From a virus: DNA of 29,339 bases. Made by a program: the position numbers and the translations under genes. Below the pieces are notes generated by a model. It was not told where the DNA came from, searched no databases, and was given only the letters and a program-made list of their open reading frames with translations. Shown here piece by piece: positions 17,174-25,262 of this stretch; position 1 is the first letter of the stretch, and every line of letters starts with the position of its first letter. Location: IMG/VR virus record IMGVR_UViG_3300001305_000002, positions 1 through 29,339 of that record; one strand, written 5' to 3'.

Positions 17174-17210
17174 CCTCCTACTGATATCTTTTTTAGATAT
17201 CGGCAGAAGA
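17174..17210 (-). promoter_or_regulatory. GCCGATAT motif inside a hairpin masking the portal SD
   Basis: TCTTCTGC-C-GATATCT-AAAAA-AGATATC-A-GTAGGAGG. Confidence 0.7.
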
Positions 17211-17213
17211 TTC

Positions 17214-19043
17214 TTAAAATTCTTCAGAATAAAGCATATTGTGGTTTAAACCGGCAGGCAATTGTACTCTTTCGCCCATAAAAAACTGTGCTTGCTGATA
17301 AAAAGCTTCTTCACCGCCTTCATTTTCTCTTCCACCTTGCTCAACAGCTCCAAAAACCGCACAAGCCATAGCATCAGCTTCATCCTTAGATCCCATTCTA
17401 GGGTGATCAATTTTACCGTTAGGCAGAATGGTTAATCCTAGAAGCTCATCAACAAGTAATTCACGGTGTTTAGCAATCAATCTGCCGTCGTACATAACAT
17501 CCATGAGATTTCTCCACGGCTCATTAGTACGGTCTGTAGATACTCTTTTGGATTCAATTCCTGACTTATCGAGAATCTGCATAGAGTCACGAGATTCAAA
17601 ACCATCAAAAGTAAATCTCTTAATTCTGAATCCTCTTTTCTTCAATTCATATGCTAATTCACGAGCCCATCGAATTTGAATTTCTCTGGGAGGACTTTCC
17701 CCTTTAGCTGCTTCAAAAGAGAATACAAAATCTACTTTAACAATAGGTCTCATTTCTCGTATGCTAGCAACTTCACCATTCTCCAAAGTGACTTGAGATT
17801 CAAATTCTTCTTTACGAACGACATGAGCCATAGAGATTCCAGCTCTGTCCTGCGTAACAGCTAAGTCTCCGTGCATACAGTATTGTGCACCTTTAATAGG
17901 TTTAAAATCTGGAGCGAAGTCGTATTTTACTTCCCAGTTATCGCCAGATTTGTAATAAATTACTTCAACAGGTTGGCGATCTGCTTTAGTAAATGCAGAT
18001 CTGACTAAGAATTCATTTCTGAAGAATGGATTAGACGCCTTACTAGGCTTACACTCGTATTTAGCTTTAGCCATAGCAGCATCTTCTTCATAGTCTGCTA
18101 CATAAATCTCAGGAACTAATTCGTCTGTTCCTTCTACTTTTACTCTTTCGAATTTCTTAAAGTTAGGATTAACTACCCAAGTAGGTAAAGGACCAGAAGC
18201 ATAATGACGAGACTTCTCACCCTTCTTAATAACATCTTCATGAGATTGAGCAGTTAATCTCTGAATAATAGATCCTAGATAACGAGGATAAGAAATACGT
18301 ACGTTCTTGAAAGTAATAGGGAAACGAGTAGATGATGATGTACGCATCATATCTAGAATACCTTCTACAGTATTCTGAGGCACTCGTCCTGTTCCATTTC
18401 CTCTCACCTCTTCTTTAGACTTAAAACCATCAACCTCATCCGCTACGCCGAGAAGCAGGTTAAGACCTTCCTGAGATTCGGCTTCTGAGTGCCCTGAGAT
18501 GGCCTCTACGTTTTTAGCATATACGATAGCACCACGAGTAGGGGCAGCTTTATTTTTAAACCAGGGAGACGTTCTCACGAGCTTTTCTACAGGATCGAAG
18601 AATGCTCTCTGAGCCTGTTGTGCATTCATCGCAACGTTAAGAAGGTGAATAGAATCCTGAGCGGGCATACCGAAGTATTCTTGTGGAGATCGCAAGCACA
18701 AAAGGAGATACGCTACACGCAAAGAAATAGTTCTGCATACGTGACCTTTACCGGAACCTTTACCCCACTGAAGATTAACGAAGTTAACCATTCTGAGAGG
18801 TTCAGACCAATAAGGATCAAAGTGCTCCCCCATTAAAGGATAAAGCTCAGGATAATAAATTCTTTCTGCAATTCTTACAGCATCGTATTGCACAGGAGAT
18901 AATTGCCAAGCATCTCCTGCACCCATGAATTTCTTATCTCTAATGAATACATCTAAAGGAACAGGCTGTTCTTCGAATATTTGTTCAAGATCAGACTCTG
19001 GGCTATCCTCCAGGGCTCCATTCAGTAAGTCTGAAAGATTCAT
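17214..19043 (-). CDS. terL: Terminase large subunit
   Basis: Q motif (LSPVQ), Walker A WGKGSGKG, Walker B LLGVADE, and nuclease acidic residues (HGDLA, FDGF, KDEADA). Confidence 0.92.
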   Translation of the reverse strand: MNLSDLLNGALEDSPESDLEQIFEEQPVPLDVFIRDKKFMGAGDAWQLSPVQYDAVRIAERIYYPELYPLMGEHFDPYWSEPLRMVNFVNLQWGKGSGKGHVCRTISLRVAYLLLCLRSPQEYFGMPAQDSIHLLNVAMNAQQAQRAFFDPVEKLVRTSPWFKNKAAPTRGAIVYAKNVEAISGHSEAESQEGLNLLLGVADEVDGFKSKEEVRGNGTGRVPQNTVEGILDMMRTSSSTRFPITFKNVRISYPRYLGSIIQRLTAQSHEDVIKKGEKSRHYASGPLPTWVVNPNFKKFERVKVEGTDELVPEIYVADYEEDAAMAKAKYECKPSKASNPFFRNEFLVRSAFTKADRQPVEVIYYKSGDNWEVKYDFAPDFKPIKGAQYCMHGDLAVTQDRAGISMAHVVRKEEFESQVTLENGEVASIREMRPIVKVDFVFSFEAAKGESPPREIQIRWARELAYELKKRGFRIKRFTFDGFESRDSMQILDKSGIESKRVSTDRTNEPWRNLMDVMYDGRLIAKHRELLVDELLGLTILPNGKIDHPRMGSKDEADAMACAVFGAVEQGGRENEGGEEAFYQQAQFFMGERVQLPAGLNHNMLYSEEF

Positions 19044-19044
19044 A

Positions 19045-19809
19045 TCAGTACCTTACTGCCATAAGGTTTAGAACAAAAGAAGAAAACTGCATGAGTTCCT
19101 CTTCTTCCATCTTTAACTGCTGAGAAAGACGAACAGTATCCAGCAGTGATCTGTTTACTTTATCAGTACAAGGAATCAAAGCAGCCAATTCTAATTGAGC
19201 ATCTGTCAAAGGTGATTCAAGATTAGATAATTCTACATAGGCTTGCTTTACAGGAATCTCTTGACCGAATGTAGCCACACCTTGCTTGTCAACAGTATAA
19301 GGAACCTTTACATACTGCTGGTTTTCGTCTAAGCCACTTTCAATATTGACAATAAGGTAATCACTCCACATCTCACGAACCCAACGGTAAGGTCCATTAG
19401 TATCTGAAGATGGGTAATTCTCTTTGTACTGACGACGAATATCATCAACATTCCAAGAAGAAAGATTCAAAATCATATCATCCTGGTGAGATAGCTTAGT
19501 CTTGTTGTTAAGTTTGGCAGCCTTCTTCTTTGATTCCCATTCTGCCAGAGCCTTAGCAGCTTTAGCACGAGTGCCTGCATTAACTCCACCACCACCTGAT
19601 GCCCATGTCTTTACACGACCTACTGCAATAGCAATAGACTGAGAAATAGAATGAGAGCCATTACGGTGAACAGCACGAGCAATACGACAAATATAATCTG
19701 GTAATCCTCCAACTGCATCCTCTTCCAGCCAGTTATTTTTTCCGGCCTTCTTAGCTAGCGTACAGCCCGCTAAATGCAGTACTAGGGCTTGGTCTTCAGT
19801 ATCGAACAC
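19045..19809 (-). CDS. Head-morphogenesis-associated hypothetical protein
   Basis: GGLPDYICRIA...AIAVGRVKTWA domain and many [VL]xL[SA] motifs; lies directly before terL. Confidence 0.55.
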   Translation of the reverse strand: MFDTEDQALVLHLAGCTLAKKAGKNNWLEEDAVGGLPDYICRIARAVHRNGSHSISQSIAIAVGRVKTWASGGGGVNAGTRAKAAKALAEWESKKKAAKLNNKTKLSHQDDMILNLSSWNVDDIRRQYKENYPSSDTNGPYRWVREMWSDYLIVNIESGLDENQQYVKVPYTVDKQGVATFGQEIPVKQAYVELSNLESPLTDAQLELAALIPCTDKVNRSLLDTVRLSQQLKMEEEELMQFSSFVLNLMAVRY

Positions 19810-19858
19810 AGCATATTCTCCTTAGAATAAATCTAGACAGTATATGCTGTTAATCGGA
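19808..19858 (-). promoter_or_regulatory. TCCGATTA motif plus a hairpin enclosing the SD and start
   Basis: ACAGCATAT (19850-19842) pairs with ATATGCTGT (19816-19808). Confidence 0.65.
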
Positions 19859-19863
19859 TAAAC

Positions 19864-19896
19864 AAAAAATGCGACCCAGCCGAAGCCAGATCGCAT
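19864..19896 (-). terminator. Intrinsic terminator
   Basis: ATGCGATCTGGC-TTCG-GCTGGGTCGCAT-TTTTT. Confidence 0.8.
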
Positions 19897-19901
19897 CTTA
19901 A

Positions 19902-20177
19902 TCATTCTTCTGGGTTAGCCCAATGAATATGTCCCATCCCAGTTTTCCAAGTATTTTTCTTACTGTAAGATTTTTTTATAAACTCGAAGATGTCCTCTCT
20001 TGGCGGCATATCAATAGCTCTACCTTGAACAAATGAATAATTTACAGGAGTAAACCTTCTAATCTCTTCACCGTCTCGGCCACCTTCCAGATAAACTACT
20101 TCTCTTGTATCTAGATCATCGTAGCAATAGACATCTTTACCTGCCCATTCAAACCTAGATAAAAATCTAGCTCGCAT
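19902..20177 (-). CDS. Hypothetical protein
   Basis: 91-aa ORF packed between its neighbours, SD AGGA. Confidence 0.65.
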   Translation of the reverse strand: MRARFLSRFEWAGKDVYCYDDLDTREVVYLEGGRDGEEIRRFTPVNYSFVQGRAIDMPPREDIFEFIKKSYSKKNTWKTGMGHIHWANPEE

Positions 20178-20180
20178 TAA

Positions 20181-20630
20181 TCAGATTCCTACTTTTTTAA
20201 ATTCTTCTACTAATTCAGCAAAAGCTGCTCTCTTAGCAGGATCATTTGCTGAAGACTTGAATACACGAACAATAATATCGCGTACTTCACGCATAGTATT
20301 CTCGCGGTCTTCCTGAGCCGTAGCCTTAGCCAGCATTTTCTGGAATTGAGCTAACAGACTAAGAAGATAAACATTCTGCTTATCCTGAGTCATAGAATTC
20401 AAATTCTCAAAACCCTGAGATTCCTTATACTTAATATAGATATAAGTAGTAGCAATACGCTCAATCAAAACATAGTTAGCAGTTTGCATAGGAACATTTT
20501 TAGCTTCTTCAAGTAATTTCTGAACCAGTGCAGTGTGTAGCATTCTATAATTTAAATCCGGTACGGCGCTCTCAGGTAGCTCAAATGCAGCTTCTAGGAA
20601 AGCTGGAGCATGGTTGATTCCATCAGTCAT
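20181..20630 (-). CDS. Helical protein, candidate terminase small subunit
   Basis: ATG 20630 behind GGAGG; all-helical; upstream of terL and preceded by GCCGATAG (core 20654-20658). Function inferred from position only. Confidence 0.45.
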   Translation of the reverse strand: MTDGINHAPAFLEAAFELPESAVPDLNYRMLHTALVQKLLEEAKNVPMQTANYVLIERIATTYIYIKYKESQGFENLNSMTQDKQNVYLLSLLAQFQKMLAKATAQEDRENTMREVRDIIVRVFKSSANDPAKRAAFAELVEEFKKVGI

Positions 20631-20729
20631 AATTACACCTCCTGGAATCAACTATCGGCTCAAACAGGTAAACCGCAGGATGGACAGATATTATCCTGTC
20701 CTGGAATCTGACACCAGGCACAGACCTTA

Positions 20730-20855
20730 CTATCCTTTAATGCGATTAAGATCTTCTTTAAGAGTTTTTGCATCTTTCAACAAATCCTTACTATCTTTAT
20801 GTGCTTTTGTTGCTTTCTTCAAAAGAGAAGCAGAATCAATCGACAAAGGAGTCAA
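20730..20855 (-). CDS. Small basic helical protein (41 aa; not in the ORF track)
   Basis: TTG start, MTPLSIDSASLLKKATKAHKDSKDLLKDAKTLKEDLNRIKG; fills the gap after thioredoxin. Confidence 0.45.
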   Translation of the reverse strand: MTPLSIDSASLLKKATKAHKDSKDLLKDAKTLKEDLNRIKG

Positions 20856-21111
20856 TCCAATCCTGTAAGAATGGTTCAGACTTCTGACCTATGACTCTAC
20901 CCAGTACCTTATCGTTTTCATCCAATAGAACTAGAGTCGGAATAGATCGAACATCATACTCATTCATAACATCTTCATTTTCTGGAGCATCAGCATCGAT
21001 CTTTAACACTTCCAGTTTTCCTGCGTACTGAACTTCTAACTTCTCCAGAATAGGAGCCATCCTCTTGCACGGCAGACACCAATCCGCCCAGAAATCTATC
21101 AATTTCAACAT
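20836..21111 (-). CDS. Thioredoxin
   Basis: IDFWADWCLPCK active site and VRSIPTLV cis-Pro loop. Confidence 0.93.
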   Translation of the reverse strand: MLKLIDFWADWCLPCKRMAPILEKLEVQYAGKLEVLKIDADAPENEDVMNEYDVRSIPTLVLLDENDKVLGRVIGQKSEPFLQDWIDSFVD

Positions 21112-21949
21112 CTATGTTTTCCTCACTGACAATAGTCTCTTCTTGCTCAACTATTGTAACACGAGGACTCTTGAAAAGCTTCCTACCAGAACTCAAGAAT
21201 TCAGTAACCCGCTGCTCAACAACAGACTCTTCTTGCAATTCATCAATGTAAGTTTGGAATCTAGCCTCAAGAACATCCTGACGAGTAGTAGATTCTCTAC
21301 GGTATACAGCAGTCATAGCATGATCAGAGAAAAGTAACCAATCATCAAGAGTTGAAGTGTAGGTGAGTATATATTCCTTGGGGAGGAACTCAATCTTAGT
21401 ACACTTAGATCTGTTACCTCTCTTGCCCCACTCATTAACTTTAATGAACTTTTGCTCGACAAGAACCTCAAGAGCCTTACGGATAGTTAAGTATCCTAGC
21501 TCTTTACCATACTTAGTATTGATCCATACGTTGATAGAATCAAAAGCAAAGAGAACCTCATGTTTGAATTCAGTCGCAGCTCTGTGCAGGATAGCCTCTG
21601 CCACCATAATGGTATTAGCTTTAGCATCACTACGGCGAACACTGAGGTTAGTCTTGATATCTTCTAAGGTGGCAAAAGCCTGAATGGGGATAGTGTAAAC
21701 ATATTTCTTTACATTAACCAAGGCATTGTAAAGAGTCTTCTGACCTGTAGAAGAGTTAAGAGACTGAGGAAAGGCAAAAGCCTTGAATTTGCCATCAGAC
21801 ATAGTCATGGCAATAGGATTTTCAGCAAGTTTGATGAGAGTTTCAGATGGAGTCCCGTGTTTCAGGAACAGCTTCATCTCTTCTGGTTGATGCGTCCACA
21901 TGTACGCAGCCCAGGAATAAACTAGAGTCTTACTTACTTTCTTTGACAT
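20990..21949 (-). CDS. Putative winged-helix DNA-binding protein
   Basis: GYLTIRKALEVLVEQKFIKVNEWG helix-wing pattern; has its own sigma70-like promoter. Confidence 0.55.
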   Translation of the reverse strand: MSKKVSKTLVYSWAAYMWTHQPEEMKLFLKHGTPSETLIKLAENPIAMTMSDGKFKAFAFPQSLNSSTGQKTLYNALVNVKKYVYTIPIQAFATLEDIKTNLSVRRSDAKANTIMVAEAILHRAATEFKHEVLFAFDSINVWINTKYGKELGYLTIRKALEVLVEQKFIKVNEWGKRGNRSKCTKIEFLPKEYILTYTSTLDDWLLFSDHAMTAVYRRESTTRQDVLEARFQTYIDELQEESVVEQRVTEFLSSGRKLFKSPRVTIVEQEETIVSEENIDVEIDRFLGGLVSAVQEDGSYSGEVRSSVRRKTGSVKDRC

Positions 21950-21956
21950 TATAATT

Positions 21957-22043
21957 AATCCAATTTTTCGTGTCGGAAGTCTCCAGCCTTTAGAAAGACA
22001 GACCAGGGTAGCTACTCCCTGGCCTCAACACGAACGTTGGATC
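21957..22043 (-). ncRNA. Candidate structured cis-regulatory leader RNA (three-way junction)
   Basis: Four nested helices; the G-U pairs work only on the minus-strand transcript. Confidence 0.55.
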
Positions 22044-22061
22044 TTACTAAATGCTCCCTAT

Positions 22062-22091
22062 ATCTTACCCCAGAACTATCATCTGTGTCAA
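22062..22091 (-). promoter_or_regulatory. Housekeeping-sigma promoter
   Basis: TTGACA-N18-TAAGAT. Confidence 0.75.
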
Positions 22092-22145
22092 CCCTCCCTA
22101 GGAATATATACTTACCTACACTTCAAACTGATGCTAGACTGAGGT

Positions 22146-22286
22146 ATGGACATAATATTTGTTGTAATCTTCGGAGCAACTTTCTGGCTGTACATGATGT
22201 ATGAGTTATTTCTTGCACCTACAGTATTCGATAATTTACCATCTCTTACCTCCGATAAAAATAGTGAAGACTATAAGGAGGAATAA
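22146..22286 (+). CDS. Small single-TM protein (46 aa, probably leaderless; not in the ORF track)
   Basis: MDIIFVVIFGATFWLYMMYELFLAPTVFDNLPSLTSDKNSEDYKEE. TGCTAGACT -10 lies 5 nt before the ATG, and TAATG overlaps the next gene. Confidence 0.6.
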   Translation: MDIIFVVIFGATFWLYMMYELFLAPTVFDNLPSLTSDKNSEDYKEE

Positions 22287-22897
22287 TGGGAGTAATCTCA
22301 GATCGTATGAATTTAAAACCAGGAGATCTTGGATTCACTAGAATTACAGGATTCACTGGGTGGTGGGTAGCTAGAGGACAATCTCTTATGGGAGATGCTA
22401 ACAGATTTACTCACGTGTTTATTGTTATGGATGATGATACTGTCATTGAAGCTATGCCTAATGGAGCAAGATTCGCTCCATTAGATCGAGAATATAAGAC
22501 TGATGTGTTGTATGCTAGACTACCGTTGACCAACGAGCAACGTCAGCAAGTCGTGGTTGAGGCGAGGCGTCTCATGGCTCGTCCAGGAGGCATCAAATAC
22601 AGCTTCACAGACTACGCTGCGCTTGCGTTAAAACATTGGGGTATCAACGCTAGGCTTTTGAATAATTACATTAAAAAATCCGGCAGGATGATCTGTAGCC
22701 AACTTGCTGACTACCTGATCTCTCATGCCGGATTCAAGTTATTCAATGATGGTAGATTATCTCAGGATGTTACTCCAGGAGATTTAGTTTATGCTACAGA
22801 TCCTCGCCTTAATGAATCTATTGCGGGAGCTTTTGTACTGGGAATGCAGAAAGCAGGTCAACCTTCTCAGTTGCCTGATGCTGAAGATCCACTCTGA
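22286..22897 (+). CDS. Permuted papain-like NlpC/P60 enzyme (YiiX/YaeF-like)
   Basis: LKPGDL, FTHVFI, VIEA, ICSQL and VTPGDL; His precedes Cys. Confidence 0.82.
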   Translation: MGVISDRMNLKPGDLGFTRITGFTGWWVARGQSLMGDANRFTHVFIVMDDDTVIEAMPNGARFAPLDREYKTDVLYARLPLTNEQRQQVVVEARRLMARPGGIKYSFTDYAALALKHWGINARLLNNYIKKSGRMICSQLADYLISHAGFKLFNDGRLSQDVTPGDLVYATDPRLNESIAGAFVLGMQKAGQPSQLPDAEDPL

Positions 22898-22901
22898 TAC
22901 A

Positions 22902-23612
22902 TCAAACTTCGATATAACGACTACGGCCCCTGATCTGACTGAAATCAATGCCTTTGCTTGATTCGAATTGATCAGGGGTCATGTGTGTTCCATCGAATTC
23001 CCCGATATGATCACTTCTGCTGTGCAAAGGTTTGATTACTGTCATATTCTGATTCTGTAAGATTCGATTGATATTCCAATCCCATCCTGCTTCAGAGCCG
23101 TCTTCGTTTCCACTAGAATAGTCTTTATCCCAAGAATCTTTTAGTAGCGTATCCCATCTGTCTTTCCATACTCCCCAGACAAGAGGACTAAAAGTAGACT
23201 GCCTAAACAAATTACTAGTTTTACCTCCACCGATTCTGGAAAAGGCATTGAGGCACAATACATCTTGAGCAGTATTATATTCTTCAGATCCCCACTCGAA
23301 ATATTCCAGCACATCTTGACTGACGATAGTGTCGTCTTCTGCTAATACAACAAAGTCAGCTCCGTTGAGGAAAGCATTATTAAGAGCATTCCAAGGATTT
23401 ATTAAAACACCTAATTTAACAGGATTATTGTATACCGTTACTGTAGTCTGTAGATCGAAAGCAATAGCAGACATTTCAGTTTGGACATCAGATGGTTCAA
23501 GATAAACTGTAGTATTCCACAGCTTTAAATTTCTAGCCATATTCCAGCTATCAATTACTTGTCTGAAATATTCTGTTCTGTTGTACGCAGTGAATACTAA
23601 TTCACGCTTCAT
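22902..23612 (-). CDS. Glycosyltransferase, GT-A fold (EDD type, GnT-I-like motifs)
   Basis: FTAYNR, VVLAEDD, WGVWKDRW, GWDW and SRSDHIG..GTH. Confidence 0.82.
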   Translation of the reverse strand: MKRELVFTAYNRTEYFRQVIDSWNMARNLKLWNTTVYLEPSDVQTEMSAIAFDLQTTVTVYNNPVKLGVLINPWNALNNAFLNGADFVVLAEDDTIVSQDVLEYFEWGSEEYNTAQDVLCLNAFSRIGGGKTSNLFRQSTFSPLVWGVWKDRWDTLLKDSWDKDYSSGNEDGSEAGWDWNINRILQNQNMTVIKPLHSRSDHIGEFDGTHMTPDQFESSKGIDFSQIRGRSRYIEV

Positions 23613-24336
23613 GTAATCTCCTTAGTGTGTTTCTTACTCGTCTGATGTCACCATCAAAATCATCGTTCAGATAATCGTGATAAATTCTTTTGTCTGATGC
23701 ATCTAAATTATGTGAACCTGAGAAATCATATCCTGCATCTTGCTGTGATTTACCTGCGGCTGGATGCATATGCTCTATGACTACTTCAGGCATATAGGCT
23801 AATCTTCCTAATTCTTTACCGAAGTCAAGCCAGAAATCATCAGCATAAAGATGAGATAATTGTGGCAAAGTCATAAATCCTAATGATAGTGGAATGTCAG
23901 CAGTCATAGCGATATGAGTAGGAATCTTTTCACCTTGTAATAAATCATTACCATAAACTAATCCTGCTCTCATTTCCAGCAGTTTACCTACAAACTTCTC
24001 ATCCCAGCCATAAGTTCTTGGCATATGGTCATCGCCCATAAAACCTAAAGCATAACTATAGACTTTCTTTCTATCTTGCAGATAGCCCAGATTTAAAGGA
24101 TCTACAAAACCAGGTTTCTGAGGACTTACAGTAATAGTGCAATCAAGACTGTGATAATCATTAATTTTAGCATCATTATCAGATAATATGAATACGATAC
24201 GACTTGCTAATACAGTACTCTTGTAAAACTGCTCTTGAAGTCGAATAGCATTATCAGGTCTGCCTTTTGTCGGTACATACATTGTTAAGTCGAATTCGTT
24301 ATCTTTCAGGTCAGGGTAGAACAAAACATCCTCCAA
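23602..24336 (-). CDS. Glycosyltransferase, GT-A fold (GT2-like)
   Basis: VPTKGRP, FMGDDH, LYADD and IEHMHP. The true start may be a few codons downstream, since GGAGG overlaps the annotated TTG. Confidence 0.8.
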   Translation of the reverse strand: MEDVLFYPDLKDNEFDLTMYVPTKGRPDNAIRLQEQFYKSTVLASRIVFILSDNDAKINDYHSLDCTITVSPQKPGFVDPLNLGYLQDRKKVYSYALGFMGDDHMPRTYGWDEKFVGKLLEMRAGLVYGNDLLQGEKIPTHIAMTADIPLSLGFMTLPQLSHLYADDFWLDFGKELGRLAYMPEVVIEHMHPAAGKSQQDAGYDFSGSHNLDASDKRIYHDYLNDDFDGDIRRVRNTLRRLHEA

Positions 24337-24342
24337 ACATGC

Positions 24343-24373
24343 AAAAAGCCCACCCGCAGAGCAGATGGGCTTT
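24343..24373 (-). terminator. Intrinsic terminator after the endolysin
   Basis: AAAGCCCATCTGC-TCT-GCGGGTGGGCTTTTT. Confidence 0.75.
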
Positions 24374-24386
24374 CTGATTATTCAAT

Positions 24387-25262
24387 TTACTTAGCAACTC
24401 CATCACGGAATGCAGTTTTTACTGCGTCTGACAATTCTGCTGGGGTAATCTTAACACCAGCAGGTAATTTAGCAGAAAGAGCATCAGCTAATGCAGTAGC
24501 GAATTCTTTGTTACTTGCTAGTGCAGCAGCTACAGCTACTTCATCTACGTCATCAGCTTCGATCAATGGCTTAAGTGCATTGATAACTTTATTAGCTGAT
24601 GAATTGTTTACTGAATCATTGTAGCGCTGGAAATCTCCAGCAGCAGTTGTCTTCTTAGGGTCATCAGTTCTTACTAGACGGTAATCCCAGACAGCTTTAG
24701 CAATTTCATTAGCTGTAGGCATATCATCATCTCCTTTAGATACTGTACTTGTATTAGTTTTTCCTAGGTATTCTGCTAATGTCTCACCACGAAGCATAGA
24801 CAGAATAGCTTTCATGGCTACTTCGTCATTAACATATCTACGACGAATCTCCATATGAATGTGCCACTTGTGATCAGCAGTAGCAGTAGTTACAGTGCCT
24901 TTTATGACATCATAACGTCCTGCATCACCTTTACCATCCCAACCGTTCCATGCATTGATGTATTTCATGCGAGGATCGTTATTACGGTTCAGCCAGATAG
25001 TGCGCAGACGAGAATGACACTTAATCATGTCACTAGTGCTCATAGTCATATCAACAGCAGATGCTCGATCACTAGGACCTAATTTATCATCTGCTCTGAT
25101 GACAGAATAGTTAGAACTACCTTGATCCTGCCTAGAGATGTGATAACCACCTCTGGCTTTGTGAGCTAAATCACCTACGATACCTGATAATACAGCAGTA
25201 GGGTATAATTTCTCCCACTCCCTAGCTAAAGAATTAAGTGTAGTTGTTGATAAAGTAGTCAT
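24387..25262 (-). CDS. Putative endolysin (Zn-peptidase, M15/LAS-like N-terminal domain)
   Basis: GDLAH..GYH, SAVD and DHKWHIH motifs; GDDDMPTANEIAKAVW linker and an Ala-rich C-terminus, as in actinophage lysins. Confidence 0.65.
   Translation of the reverse strand: MTTLSTTTLNSLAREWEKLYPTAVLSGIVGDLAHKARGGYHISRQDQGSSNYSVIRADDKLGPSDRASAVDMTMSTSDMIKCHSRLRTIWLNRNNDPRMKYINAWNGWDGKGDAGRYDVIKGTVTTATADHKWHIHMEIRRRYVNDEVAMKAILSMLRGETLAEYLGKTNTSTVSKGDDDMPTANEIAKAVWDYRLVRTDDPKKTTAAGDFQRYNDSVNNSSANKVINALKPLIEADDVDEVAVAAALASNKEFATALADALSAKLPAGVKITPAELSDAVKTAFRDGVAK

Noticed and set aside
17214-19043. Intein or intron in the terminase or capsid gene
   Set aside because: The ORFs are continuous and of ordinary length, with no splice-junction or LAGLIDADG motifs.
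86-25082. Plus-strand ORFs opposite minus-strand genes (e.g. 86-298, 923-1147, 3576-3782, 4245-4508, 5155-5478, 9575-10119, 13993-14496, 15247-15546, 17428-17864, 20614-20868, 21065-21683, 24855-25082)
   Set aside because: Antisense shadows of well-supported genes, with Ser-rich reverse-codon composition and no recognisable motifs.
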